Assembly (NCBI GenBank): GCA_009914755.4
Contig: CP068257.2
Span: 16,000,001-16,064,000, forward strand
Direction: 5' to 3'
DNA: 64,000 bases
Source of the DNA: the human T2T-CHM13v2.0 reference genome, Homo sapiens
Shown piece after piece: positions 1 to 14,290 of this stretch; position 1 is the stretch's first letter; each line of letters begins with the position of its first letter. The notes beneath the pieces were generated by a model. That model was not told where the DNA came from and searched no databases. It saw only the letters and a list, made by a program, of their open reading frames with translations. Made by a program: the position numbers and the translations under genes.

Positions 1-231
1 ACATTGCTCTTGCTCTCTTGCTCTCTCTCTCTCTTGCTCCTGATTCTGCCGTGTGGGATGTTTGTTCCCCCTTTGCCTTCTGCCATGACAGGAAGCTTCA
101 TGAGACCTCCCCAGAAGCAGATGCCAGTATGCTTCCTGTACAGCCTGTAGAACCATGAGACAAACTTCTTTTCTTATAAATTACCCAGTCTCAGGTATGT
201 CTTTATAGCATTGCAAGAATGGCCTAATACA
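1..231 (+). mobile_element. MaLR LTR (THE1/MST-like), 3' portion truncated by the window edge
   Basis: Reads '...ccttctgccatgacaggaagcttcatgagacctccccagaagcagatgccag...cttataaattacccagtctcaggtatgtctttatagcattgcaagaatggcctaataca', matching the characteristic 3' end of THE1/MST MaLR LTRs. It is homologous to the complete copy at 58089-58542. Confidence 0.65.
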
Positions 232-2565
232 GGGATATTATGCAAAGAATCTGTAGAATAAAAGCCATAGTCAAAACAGTGGACAGCATGTGGGATCTAG
301 CCAGAGCCAATCTCAGCACTTACAGACTGGGCCACAGACTAACATAAATGGTCACCTGGCAGGTGAGCCCAGGGTGAAATGACAAAACCACAGAAACTTA
401 TTGGCTATTAATTCCTTTCATGTCTCTCATGTCTGTCACCCTCAGGTCTGGAATGCAGGCTCCTCAGCGGTCTCTCTCCTTCGTATTTTCTTCTCCATCC
501 TGCTCTGTGATTCATTTCTCTGGGTCATCTTCCTATCACTTCCGATGGCTGACCTCTCTCACAATTCTTCTACTACTCTCTAGAAATTTCATTCTATTTT
601 CTATGACATCCGCAGTGTCTTTGCAGAACTTACTATGTTCCTGTCCTAATGGAAATTTGGCTTTTCCTTGATGTCATCACTTCTCTGGCAGTTTTCTCTG
701 AAAAAGCTGGCCATTCTTCCTTTCTGTATCTCTGGGCCAGGAGATGATAGTGACTTAGACCTTCATGGTCACTTCCAAAGTTTAACTCTACAATCTTATC
801 CAAAAAGCCCTCTTTCCTTGGTTGTATGACATCTAAGTCTAACATGCACTACCCTGCATCAACTAATCTGGTCACTTCCACAATCAATTAGAACTAAGAC
901 AAGTGGTTCCTCATCAAAAAGAATATGAAATGAAAATGGCCTTCCCTATATGTCTTCCAGTCTCTTATTACTTTACTTTGGAAGCAACTTTTATCACCAG
1001 CTTTTGGATATCCTTTAAAGGTATTTTGTGCAAATATAATCACATGCATAGATATGCACATATAAATGCATGTTTATATAAATTTTTGGTTTCTTAAAGA
1101 TAAACAAATGGTAGAAAATTATATATCCTGTTCTAAAACCTTTCTTTTTTTAAACAAAATATTTTAAAGGCTTTTTCTTATCAATGCATACAAACTTTTC
1201 TTTTAGAAATATTACTGCATAATATTTTATGTGGATGTTCAATAATTTATTTGACCTGTCCCCTACTGATGAACAACTAGATTCATTCTAGTGTTTCTAG
1301 TCTTCTGCTATTGCAAACAAGGCTTCTATAAATAACATTCTACTGATGTCACCTTTTACTTTTACAAGTTATTTGGGTCAAAAGTTATTTGCTTTTTAAA
1401 AGTTTTGATAGATACTGAAAAAATTATACTGCATGAGCTGTGCACTAATTTATATACCCATTAACTACGTTTAAAAGAACCAGTTTCCCATTAGCCTTGC
1501 TAACATAATATTTTACACTTTTTTTTTACTTTGCCAAGAACATAATTGAAAATATTTCATTGAAATTTTAATTTATGTTTTTCCTATGTTGAGTGAAGTT
1601 GAGCATCTTTGCAAATGTTTAACACTGTACTTTCTTTCCTGGACATCTCCCCTGCCTATTTTCCTATCGTTTTATTGCAAGTCTTTCCATAGTAAGGAAA
1701 ATAGACTTCTACTAAAATATGAGTTGCAATAATTTTTTCTCAGTTTGTTGAATTGTCATTTTGGTGTTTGTCATGCAGAACAATTTTATTTGCATGTCGT
1801 TTAGTTTATAAATCTCTTCATTTTGCTATCTATATTTTATATCATACTTTATACTTGTTCTATTTTGGATAATTTTTTAAAAATTATTTTAACACTTCCA
1901 TCTTTTTTTTATTTTTTATTTTTTAACACAAATCATTGGTCCACCTGAAATCCTAGTCTTCTTTCCAACTCTTGCCTCGATCGTGGATCACTTCAGTGTT
2001 GACGTCACCTACACAAACCCCACCCACCATGTTCCCGGATCTCCTCTGCTCAGACAACCACCTCCCTTCTCACCTCTCATGACAACATCCTGGAGTGTCT
2101 TATCCTTGTGTGATGCTTCTCCATTTCTAAAACTGTAAAACTCTCACATTCTATTATTCTCACTCCCTCAACATAATCTCTTATCCTTCTTGGTCTCTTG
2201 CTCTCTTAGTTCTGTTACATATTTGTAATAGTTTCATTTAAACCTCAGATGTTTCAAATCTCCCTTTTCTCTCATATGTCTGCCCTTGCTAGGCAGGGCC
2301 ACATCATTACGTAAGCACTTTTGCCTTTTGGGGCCCCTTCCTCCATAAAAGAATATTAAAAGGTACATTTTATGATTACCTTATAAAGATAAATATATTA
2401 CTATGCATAAAAACATTTTTTTGGTGTGAAAGTTTTTTTTATTCTGATTCTAAAAATAAAATAAAACATTTTTGTGGGCCCCAGAAGCCTAGTGAACCCC
2501 AGGTTCCATTCTTACTATGTGTAAAGTATCAGTCAGCTCTGCTCCTAGGCACTGATTGACTACTA

Positions 2566-2817
2566 CCTTTTTAAAATTGAGACAGGGTCTCACTCTGTCT
2601 GGAGTGTAGTAGTGCGATCTCAGCTCATTGTAACCTCTGCCTCCAGGGCTCAAGCAATCCTCCCACATCAGCCAGCCTCCCAAGTAGTAGTTTTTTTTGT
2701 ATTTTTGGTAGAGAAAGTGTTGCCCAGGCTGGTCTCAAACTCCAGGACTCAAGCTGTACGCCTGCCTTGGCCTCCCAAAATACTGGGATTACAGGCATGA
2801 GCCACCGTGCCTGGCCA
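2566..2817 (-). mobile_element. Alu SINE (antisense)
   Basis: Antisense Alu: '...gagacagggtctcactctgtc...tcagctcattgtaacctctgcctcc...gggattacaggcatgagccaccgtgcctggcc'. Confidence 0.9.
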
Positions 2818-4295
2818 GAACCACTTTTCTCCCTTGGCCCTCTTCTCCCTTGGCCCTTGTTTTCCCTGTGTATCTGCATTGCCCACCTCCAACCCTAGAT
2901 AAATCTGTTGAGCTCTACTAGAGAAAATTATAAAGAGGGCTGATGCTATCAAAGATTTAGGGTCTATGACATAAATTGGGCCCTCAACACTGCTTAACCA
3001 TTTTTCTACTTGTCCCTGATGAATTTTTTGTTTCATTCCTCAAATTAATCATTCCAAATCATTTAGCAGTCTCCCCAGCTAAGAGAAAATAGTGTAAATT
3101 ATCTTAATTCCCTGTCCTTTCATATTCTGATTAGCCCTGACTAAGTAGCAAAATAACCCAAGATGTAGTGGCTTAAAACAAAATTTATTTTTCTTTCAAG
3201 AGTCTGTGTACTGACAGCACGGCGGGGCAGTTCTTATTGTGGGTCTCTTATGTGACCTCCATCACCATATTGAAACTATTCTTTTTTGGTCACTAAAGAC
3301 TTCTCAATTGTCTAATCTAATAGGTACTTTAAAACCTTTATCTTAACCTTTTCATAATATTTAAAGATATTGATCACTCCCCTGTTCTTGAAACTATTTG
3401 TGGGCTTTTCTGAATCTTAGTTTTCCGTATGACTTCTTGGTACAATATGGATGGTGAAGTCTTAGAGAATGAAAATAAAGAATAGGATAGTGTATTAGTT
3501 TCCCACGGTTACTAGAACAAATTACGACAAACTTGGTTTAAAACAACAGAAATTTGTTCTTTCATGCTTCTGGAGGCCAGAGGTCCAAAGTTAGCATTGG
3601 TGGGCTGCAATCAAGGTGTTGGCAGGGCCATGTTTCCTCCAGAAGTTCCAGAAAACAATCCGTTTCTTGCCACTTCCAGCTGCTGGTAGCTGTCAGAATC
3701 CCTTGGCTTGTGGGTACATCACTCCAATCTTCAAAGCCAGCACCTTAAATCTCTCTCTCTCTTCCATCTTCATATTGCTTTCTCTCCGTGTGTGTCAAAT
3801 CTCCTCTTGCCTCTTTCTTATAAAGACACACGTGACAGCATTTAGGGATCACACAGATAATCCAAGACAATCTCTTCAACTTGACATCCTTTATTTAATC
3901 ACATCTGCAAAGACATTTTTTCAAATAAGGTGACATTTATAGACTTCAGGGATTAGATCATGAATATCTTTCAGAGAACCATTTTTCAGTGTCATATTGG
4001 AGAATAAAACTGACCTAGGAATTCCAAACTATTTTGAAAGTCATGGATAATTGGCTGAGGTGAATCTAGCTAGTGTAAACAAATACATGAATTTCAAAAG
4101 ATCAGTACAAATCATTCAGAGTGTTTTTTGTTTGTTTTAAGAAAAGACTGGAAGCTGTACTCTGGAAGAAGAAAATGGTGACTCTCTTGCAGGTTTAAGA
4201 CTAGTAGAAGGAAGTGGCTGTCACTGAAATGGGCTTCAAGGGAAGAAATCAGGAGAAAGCTAAATTTCAGTTAGGACAGGAAGGTAGTGTAGGGG

Positions 4296-4445
4296 GGCTT
4301 GGAGCACTCCTGTAGTCCCAGCTACTTGAGAGGCTGAGGCAGAAGGATCATTTGAGCCCAGGAGTTCAAAGCTCTAGTGTGCAATGATTCGTGAATAGCC
4401 ACTGCACTCCAGGCAACAAAGTGAGACCCTGCCTCTGAAAAACAA
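4296..4445 (+). mobile_element. Partial Alu (right-arm/monomer-like fragment)
   Basis: 'cctgtagtcccagctacttgagaggctgaggcagaaggatcatttgagcccaggagttcaaag...ccactgcactccaggcaacaaagtgagaccctgcctc'. This is half an Alu only. Confidence 0.6.
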
Positions 4446-5759
4446 AAATAACAAAGGTAGAAGTAGCATTAAGTGAATATTGACCTTGATATAACAGTTA
4501 TGATAAAATGAAATCTTGTTAGTGTAGGGAGAGACTATCATAAGTTAATTTGAAATAGTATTTATTTCAAATTTATATAGTGGTAGCAGAAACCACTAGA
4601 ATAGATACTGTATAGTTAATGCATCAGTAATTAATTACTGTTGATATGGAAAGACTATTCAAATTTCAAACAATAGTGCTTAACTGTGCACTTATTCAGT
4701 AACTATAATTAAACAGAATTAATTGAATTGATCATCTAATGAACATAGTGATCTTTAGAAGTCTGACATCACATAGCTGTAGAACAATTGTCCCAGGAGA
4801 CTCTTTTGAGCCCTGACCTATCAGGGGGTAAGCATACTTCCTCATGTTATCAAGTAGTCATTTACATATACAGCTCCTTAAATCCAATTTTTATACTGTT
4901 TTCTTCTTCTTTACTTTCAATCTAAAACAGTAAAAATTTTAAAGGCAGTTAATTGTTAATGGTAATAAAATCATATTTTAAATTACCATGAATTTGCTTT
5001 GAAGTGTAGAGACAGTTTTTAGTGTTGAACACGGTAGACTGAAATTCAAAAAGAACAAAGTCAAAAATGCACCACAATTGCTCCTGAAGCAGAGGCTATT
5101 GATTTCTTGCCCATTATCTCATCACACAGAAAGTGAAGGGAGAAAAATACAAGTTCAAAGACACCAGCTACTCAGGTAACAGGCAGGAGCTTCAAGTGAA
5201 AATTTCTGCCTCATTAAAAACATTTAAAGGAAGCAGCTTTTCTTTAAGTAGGAATCATTATTCCCAGTTTGAGTTCATCCTCTGGAGTTTTCACCTCTTC
5301 AGAAGGGCACATTCTGTGCAATTTCTAAGAAGTGCTTCTTTAATGGGAGGGATTTATGTTAAGTTGGTTCAGGGGAGGTAGACCATTGTGGAGCCTTTTT
5401 AATGGACTACAAAAGACTGTCGAGTAATTAAATAGATTTCCTTTCCCTTAGACTGTTCCATGGTTCTAAAAACACTCAGCTGAGCATGTAAAATCAATTT
5501 CCATTACTGGCCTTGACCTTTGCAGTTTTGTAAACATGTTTTTTCCCTGGCTTTGGAATGTGGTTCAAAGGCAATAGCAGAAGACTAGAGGATGAGACAG
5601 GTTCTCTTAATGGAAGTTAACTTTTTTTACAGTGAAAATCTCCTTTTCTCACAGACATTCATTCAACTGCATATGTTATAAATATAATTATATACATACC
5701 TGCTTATTTATGTTTATATACATATGTATATGTGTATTTAAATTGGAGTATATAAATAT

Positions 5760-6130
5760 ATGTATGTATTTTTTTTAATTGACAAATCATAATTGTATAC
5801 ATTCATGGGGCACCATGTTATGTTTTATGTATCTATACAATATGAAGTGACTAAATCTAGCTAATTAACATATCCATCACCTCACTTACTTATAATTTTT
5901 TTTTGTGGTGAGACATTTGAAATTTACTCTAAGTTATTTTGGAATATACTATACAATACTGACTGTAGTTACTCTGCCGTGCAATAGATTTCGAAACTTA
6001 TTTCTCCTAATCATACATTTGTGCCCTTTGACCACCAACTCCCCATTCCCTGCCCCCACAAAATATAGGAAGTTATACATCTTTTTGTTTTCCTCCACAG
6101 ATACGTGTTTCGTTTTCACTGCTCAAAGGT
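5760..6130 (-). mobile_element. Old LINE-1 (L1M/L1PB-type) 3' end fragment, antisense
   Basis: 'catggggcaccatgttatgttttatgtatctatacaatatgaagtgactaaatctagctaattaacatatccatcacctcacttacttataatttttttttgtggtgagacatttgaaat' resembles the antisense 3' region of older L1 families. The 180-aa ORF at 5905-6447 lies within or next to it and is considered spurious. Confidence 0.45.
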
Positions 6131-7714
6131 ATTTTCCCCCTTCCCATTCCAAGAAAATAGCCACGCCATTGTGTTCCAGGGGCTTTGGATGGTCGAATGG
6201 AAAGCAGGTGTTCCCCAAGAACAGCTTCATTCCATTTTTGTTTTGTTTTGTTTGGATGATTAGACCTACTGCAGGGATTATGCCACATCACGTAGAGTGG
6301 AGGAAAAGAAAGATGAGGTCTTCTAGGGGGTGCTGGGAGGTGGAGGCAGAATTGACTTCAGGTAGCAAATTCCTCGAGACAAGAAGGAAGGGAGTTTGGG
6401 TGGTTTGCAAAGAAAGTAGCCCCCAGGTCCTGCTTGTTAACTCCTAGTTGGGTGGATTGCCTCAGGACAAAGGGAAGACCTCTAGGAGCCCTGGTCTCAG
6501 GAACTGCCTTGATAGAGAAGTCAGAGACCTTTGTCCAAGCTTATCGGTGAGTACCACTTCCCTCAGGGACTAGATCATGAGAGCCTGGACAATAAGCATA
6601 TCAGTGAGGACCAGTGGAGGCCATACACCTTTCTTTCAGGATTTAGGACCTAAGAAGACATCTCTACTCCCGATTTCTGTGTCACCTGGAAGTGGAATTG
6701 GAGGAGGGAAGTCCAGAAATGATTAAAATGCAATTTCCTACTTGCTGACGCAGCTCAATTTGATTTAAACAAAATTTGTGATACTTCTTTTTCTCAGAGC
6801 TAAGGTGAAATTTTCACTGCTTTTTCTTTCCCTTACCATTTGTTCATCTGCAAAATGGTGATTATTGTACTCACCTTGCAGAGTTGTTTCTAGCATTTAA
6901 TCAAATGACCTGTGTAGAGTGACTATATCACCACCATAATAGAAGGTGCTCAATAAATTGTCACTAGGAAATATTCACATTATATGTGTTCATAGTGTTG
7001 CAAAAATGGAATCAGGTGCTAGGTTTTTAAAGCACAAGACATACTTCTAGTTTTCAAGAATTTTATATTATAATTATAAAGCTATCTAGAAGTACTAGGT
7101 TCATATCTCTAAGCAAGAAATACAGGCAGGTGAATCATGGGAAATTGAATTCCATTCAATTTCATAAAAGTAAATTGAATGGAAGAATTTGGAGGCAGAA
7201 GTCATGATGTAAGACAGAAAACCTATGGGAAGCTTAAGAGAGAAGATAGCAACACTAAAGGTGAAAGGAATTTGTCTGTGATGCTATCATTAGAAAATCT
7301 CATAAACAGAGAGAAAGAAAATCTTCTCCAACACACAACATTTGGACAGCAGGTTTAGATTTTCTTCATCTTTTTTCTCTTCAATTTTTTTCCACTGCAA
7401 CGATAAGCTAAGAGATTGATTTTATTTCAAGAATAACTAAGGGTATACTAATATGCATATCTCAAAATAACATTGCATTATTGAAGACATACTGTTCCAA
7501 TAGTCAAACAGTTAACAGAGAGGGGACAGGAACCAACAAACTGGAAAAACACACCTGTATTATACATAAAAATCAGTGGCCAATATTTCTCCAGTTATTC
7601 TCAAAAGAAAAATACTCAGCAAGTTACAAACTGAAAAGCTTTGCTTAAAAGCTAAACAAAACAAAACAAACCTTCCATGTATAAGAAAAGCTCAGCCCCT
7701 TAAAAACGAGACTG

Positions 7715-8320
7715 TTGGTGGGAGTTGAACCGTTGTGGAAGACAGTGTGGCAATTCCTCAAGGATCTAGAACCAGAAATGCCATTTGACCCAGAAATCCC
7801 ATTACCGGGTATATACCCAAAGGATTATAAATCATTCTACTATAAAGACACATGCACACGCATGTTTATTGCAGCACTATTCACCATAGAAAAGACTTGG
7901 ACCCAACCCAAATGCCCATGAATGATAGACTGGATAAAAAAAATGTGGCACATATACACCATGGAATATTATGCAGCCATAAAAAAGGATGAGTTCATGT
8001 CCTTTGCAGGGACATGGATAAAGCTTAGCATCATCCTTAGCAAACTAACAAGGAACAGAAAACCAAACGCTGCATGTTGTCACTCATAAGTGGGAGTTGA
8101 ACAATGAGAGCACACGGACACAGGGAGGGGAACATCACACACTGGGGCCTGTCAGGGGCTTGGGGGAAAGGGGAGGGATAGCATTAGGAGAAATACCTAA
8201 TGTATATGATGGGTTGATGGGTGCAGCAAATCACCATGGCATGTGTATACCTATGTAACAAACCTGCACGTTCTGCACATGTGCCCCAGAACTTAAAGTA
8301 TAATAAAAAAAGATTTAAAA
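7715..8320 (+). mobile_element. 5'-truncated LINE-1 (L1PA-type) 3' end with poly-A
   Basis: The translation 'EPLWKTVWQFLKDLEPEMPFDPEIPLPGIYPKDYKSFYYKDTCTRMFIAALFTIEKTWTQPKCP' is the ORF2 C-terminus. It is followed by the canonical 3'UTR '...gggagggatagcattaggagaaatacctaatgt...aacaaacctgcacgttctgcacatgtgccccagaacttaaagtataataaaaaaa'. Confidence 0.9.
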
Positions 8321-8526
8321 AAGACAAAACAAACAAAAACCAGATAGACATCCATAAAGTAAAACAAATGAGAAAAACTGGCTAAACTTCTCAAACTAAA
8401 TTATATCAAATATATATATGCATTTTTGCAAAATAAAGTACTAAACTATTCTTTGTAGACATATTCATTACATTTATTTTAATAACTACTTTGATATAGG
8501 TTGACTGGCTCTATTCTATTTGTTAA

Positions 8527-8953
<427 letters not shown>

Positions 8954-9363
8954 TAGGTGCACAAAGTTTAAAAAATAAAATAATTCAACAGAATATTCCA
9001 AATACTCCTTACCTCCTGTGATCCATTTTTTTCTACTCAGGATCAACCACTTTCAACTCTTACCTGTTTTGTTTCTTTCTCAGGTATATGACCTTGATGT
9101 TTCTAAATAATGTGCTAATATTTCCAGTCTTGTTTTTCCCCAGCCATTATCTATTAATATTTACATCCCATTTTGTTTTGTTAAAATTTTTTATTCTTAA
9201 TTATGGATACAAAATAGTGGTATAGCTTCCCATTTTGGAAAATGGTGACTCCTCTTTACTTCTCATATCTATACTCCACCCCCATCCCATCACATGAATT
9301 CTTCTTTGCTCCCCATCTTTCTAAGGTGGTTATATTATTATTTAAGTTGTAACAAATTATTGT

Positions 9364-9381
9364 ATGATGATGATGATGATG
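9364..9381. repeat. (GAT)n microsatellite, 6 units
   Basis: 'tgatgatgatgatgatgatg' read directly from the sequence. Confidence 0.8.
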
Positions 9382-11439
9382 CAAATGCTATTCACAACTA
9401 TGCCTTGTAGAATACAATGATTTATACAAATATGATTGTTTTTCCTATTTAAAGCCTGGTTTTCTCTAAATTAAATAGCTGTCCTTAAATATTTTTATAT
9501 TAGTTTTCTATATAATCCTAATTCATACTTTCTGCCAATTGCCTAAATCTCTCCTGGTGTTGCATACCCCTGATGCACTCCTTCTCGAAGATGATAATTT
9601 GTTTTAATCTGGAAAGGCTGATCTCAGAGCTGGTCACACAGCTGTATTCATGGAATTGACTATGACCACACTCCTGCCATTTCATTCACCTCTCTCCCCT
9701 GTCCCCAGGGTTTCATGTCTTCATTTTTCTTGGTTTACCCACTGACTTTACTTAAGCACATTCTCCAGGTGGTTATCTTAGAGAGGGTGCAGGTGATGTA
9801 AAATTCTTGATACCTGAATGTCTGAAAACATTCTTATTCTTCTCTCATACTCAATTGATAGCTTGGCTAGATACAGATGTCTATATTGAGAAATGCTTTC
9901 TTTCAGAATTTTTAAGATGTTGCTTTTCTAACTTCCAGTGTGCTGCTGAAAAATCCAAGGCTATTCAGATTCTTGGTCTTTTTAGGTGACCATTTCCCCT
10001 CCTCTTTGGAAGCTTGCCTTTGTCCCCAGTTTTAAGACTTTGTGATGATGTGACTTCAGTATGGTTTACTCTTAGCCATCATCTGCACACTATGAATTCT
10101 CTTTTAATCAGAATACTTAGGTCATTCTGTTCTGAGAAACTCACTTGAAATACTTCTTAAATAATTTTCTCAGCCTTATTTTCTCTGTTCTATTTCTTGA
10201 GAACTCTTATTTGAATATTGAACTTATGAACTTGTCCTCTAAGTTTCTGATTTTTTTCTTCTCTTTTTTATTTTTGGTTCTGCTTTCTGGAAGATTTCTC
10301 CAATTTTATTTTGTGAAACTTCTATTGAGTTTGTCATTTATGCCATTACGTATATTTTTCTTTTCACTCAGCACGTTCTAGTCTCACCATTATATTTTTA
10401 AAGAATCTAATCTTTTATATTTTTATTTATTGGATATTCCTTTTCTTATGGCAGGCTATACTTGTTTCATGGAAACAATATCTTCTCATAGTTCCCTGAG
10501 GATATTAATGATAATACATTTTCTTCCCTCTGTGTCATCTCTGGTTCTTTTGGTTTGCTTACACTTTAACTTTGTTTTCTATTTTTTGTATTAGATGTCT
10601 TAAGTATCTAGTGATCCTTCATTGTTTGCATATATTTAAGAATATGGCTCACTTAGAGTGTGTACGTGGAGATTGTGAACTTTGTTGTGGGGATATCTGT
10701 GTAGGTCAGTGTCATGTAATATTGTTAGCAGTGGCAAATCTGTACAGGTGTGCAGTGACTCAATTCTTGCCTCCTCTGAGGAAAGAATTTGGCTAAGGGG
10801 CATAAGATAGACTGAGAGACTGAGGCAACTTTTAGAGCAGGAGTGAAAGTTTATTAAAAAGTTTCAGCGCAGGAATGAAAGGAAGTAAAATGCACTTGAA
10901 AGAGGGCCAAGTGGGCAACTTGAGAGCTCCAAGGGCCCTGTCTGACCCTTGACTTGGGATTTTATACATTGCTGTGATTCTGGGATTTGCATTTCTTTTT
11001 CCCTAACTCTTCCTTTGGGGTGGGCCCTCCGCATGTGCAGTGGCTTGCCAGCACTTGGGCTGGGCTGCATGCACAGTGAATTTACTGAAGTTGTACACAT
11101 GTTCACTTGAGGTGTTTTTCCCTTACCAATCGAGCGTACTTAGAGGCAAGTCATATACCATTTATGTCCTGCCATTTTGCCTCAGTCCACATGCTTGAGC
11201 CCACTTGCCCAACCCCTGATATTTTATTGGGAACCTGCTGATAAACAGCTTCAGCTATTTTCTGGCTATTTCCTTGGCACCAGCTGCAACCAATTATTAT
11301 TTTAGAGAGACAGTTTTAACAACTGCCTGACCATCACCTGATGGTCGTCTGACATTCCTCGGGGTTGGGGGGCAACCCTCTTCTGCCCTGCTCATGTCTG
11401 CCTGGCTACCTGCTCTAACAATATAACTTTTTATGATGT

Positions 11440-11600
11440 TGAACATGTTCTATATTTGCACTGTCCGATGCTATAGCTACTAGCCACATGTGCCTATTGA
11501 TCACTTGAAATGTGACTAGTGTGACTGAGGAACTGGTGTTTTAATTTTACTTAATTTTATTACTTTAAGTTTTAGAATAAATTGCCACAAGCGTCTACTT
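11440..11600. mobile_element. hAT-Charlie non-autonomous DNA transposon fragment (MER3/MER33-like)
   Basis: 'ctgtccgatgctatagctactagccacatgtgcctattgatcacttgaaatgtgactagtgtgactgaggaactggtgttttaattttacttaattttatt' resembles the MER3/MER33 core ('tagccactagccacatgtggctatt...aaatttaaatt'). Recognition is from memory, so the family call is tentative. Confidence 0.4.
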
Positions 11601-11875
11601 CCTACTTCATCGGACAACACAGATCTAGGCTATCTCTGAATTTTTTCTATAGCCAGTTTGGTGGATTCATTAGATAAAGAGTTTTTAACTCCTTTCTGGA
11701 AGATTTAGGCCTGATTGCTAGCATGAATGAATTTTAGTTTTTAATATGTCAACATCTACCTAATCCTAATTTTCTGTTCAGTATTGCAGTTCTCACTTCT
11801 CCCAGCACCCTCTGTGTTAGCTTTGCCCAAAAAATAAATTTCCAGGCTTTTCTTGAAAGTAGATAGGAGACTTGA

Positions 11876-12348
<473 letters not shown>

Positions 12349-12633
12349 TTCTTTTTCTTTTTTCCGTCACATGGGCTGGAGTGCAGTGGCACGATCACAC
12401 TCACTGCAACCTTGAACTCTCAAGCTCAAGCAATCATCCTGCTTCAGCCTCCTGAGTGGCTGGGACTACAGGTGTGAGCCACCATGCCTGACTAATTTAT
12501 TTTTGCTTTTATCTTTTGTAGAGACAAGGGTCTCACTACGTTGCCCAGACTGGTCTCGAACTCCTGAGCTCAAGCAATCCCGCCCCAGCCTCCCAAAGTG
12601 CTCAGATTATAGGCATGAGCCACCACACCTGGC
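12349..12633 (-). mobile_element. Alu SINE (antisense, older AluJ/S-like), in tandem with the preceding Alu
   Basis: '...ggctggagtgcagtggcacgatcacactcactgcaacc...cagattataggcatgagccaccacacctggcc', more diverged than its neighbour. Confidence 0.85.
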
Positions 12634-13382
12634 CCCAACTTCCAAGTTTTGATGCTGTTGTCTCTTCCCTCATTTTTGGTCCCTATAATTTTATGTTCTG
12701 GAAAAAAAAAACTCTTTATCATGTTTTAGTGGGGGTTCAAAACACAAATGAATATGTTCATTTAGCCATCTTTACTCCAGCGTTGGTTTATTTCATATGT
12801 GAATCTATATTTATAATCTTTCCAATATAATCACTTAGTCTACTGTTTTTTAAGTTGTCCTTTAAATGGAACATTTACAGTGTTACCCAACTGTTATAAT
12901 TTAGAATTCATACCTCCAGGAATCATTACAAATCCGTGTAAAATATTTTTGTCTTCTTTTTTTACCAACGCCATCAGCTGATCCCTATAAGCATTTTAAA
13001 CTTGCACTGATTGAGACTGAATCAGAACATCGTGTCTTCTCACAATGAGCTTTTCAAAATAATTGGATAGGCCTCTCATAACAGGAAAGATTTTGTACAG
13101 ATTAAAATATAAGGTGAATTCTTGTATCTCTAAGAAAAAAATGGGAAAAACTACACTTTATATTCATACATATATAATTAGCTGTTCAAAATAATTGAAT
13201 AGGACTCCTATAACTGGATAGATTTTATAAAGACTCCAATATAAGGGAATTCATTTTATTTGTATGAAAAAATGTTCAGGGGAAATGTCATCTTACATTG
13301 AAGTATTTATGGTATTTAGGCAAATCTGCACAAAATATAAAGTATTAGTGTGACTTAAATACATAATCATTGCTACTGTGTT

Positions 13383-14290
13383 TTCTTTTCTCTTCTCCCA
13401 CTGTAGGGGTGGTCATCAATAATGACTACAGTTGTACATTTTCCTGAGCATAAAGATTCTGATTAGCTATAAAAGTGCCATTGATTGTACCTCCATGTTC
13501 ACGGGATTGGGCATAAGCCCATTATATTTAAGGGAATATCTGACGAGGGGGATAAGCAGAGTCATAGGAAGAGTAAGCCATTCTAACCTTACAAGGGGCT
13601 ACATTTTGAAACTTACATTTCAGCTTGTACCTTTTCTGGAATGGTATGATTTATTTCTGCTCCTTGTTTTCTAACTGTAAACTGACTTTTCTTGCAAAAT
13701 AAAGATGGCGGCTCATCTCTTAAACGCCACGGGTGGACCCAGTCAAGGCCCATGCTTAGAACCTTCAAAGCCCACCAGTCTTCGAGAATGTTTCTTTGGG
13801 GAAAAAGTAACCAGAGCTAGCTGCTTTTGCTTGCATGCCCTTTGGGTGCTAAAAATGAGCCTTGGTGTACAGCTCTTCTGTTTTTGCTGGACCTACTGTA
13901 TGACTTCTGTGTAAATCTTGACAGTTGGCAAATCACGCTTATGTTTGTTTTTCTGTTCAGTGGTTGAAGCTATTGCTGCACCCTCATTGTTCTTTCTTTT
14001 CCCTGAATTCCTACCCCACCCAGAATTTGTAACACACAATTTTCTATCTAATTATATAGTGTCGTTTTGTTGCTACTTGCTTCAGGTAGTCCCACTCTCC
14101 CTACCTCCTTCCTTCCCGCCTCCATCTAACTAAACCGTGGTGGTTCAGAAGACAAAAGTCAGGCATTGTCTGTCTTTGTAACCCCCACGTGCTGCTTGCA
14201 GAGACACTCGGATAATAAGACTCTTGCAGGGAGAAAATTTCCCCTTTGCCCTCTAAAGACTCACTGAAAATCAACAGACAAAAAGCACAT
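13383..14290 (+). mobile_element. Possible ERV LTR (unclassified)
   Basis: Begins 'tgtaggggtgg'. Contains a TATA-like 'ctataaaagtg', a poly-A signal 'caaaataaagatggcgg' and ends '...aaaatcaaca'. This U3-R-U5-like layout is typical of LTRs, but the family was not recognised and the boundaries are uncertain. Confidence 0.3.

Noticed and set aside
1-2000. A possible MaLR internal region following the first LTR, implying a full THE1/MST provirus
   Set aside because: No second LTR of the family lies within the expected ~1.5-2 kb downstream, and the sequence after position 231 was not recognisably MaLR-internal. It was left unannotated.
2290-2520. Short inverted GC motifs ('ttggggcccc' ... 'tgtgggccccag') that might be TIRs of a DNA transposon
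   Set aside because: They did not match any TIR I recognise (unlike the clear MER1 TIRs at 33128 and 33613). No TSD was found. The region is AT-rich low-complexity sequence, so the evidence is too weak to call.
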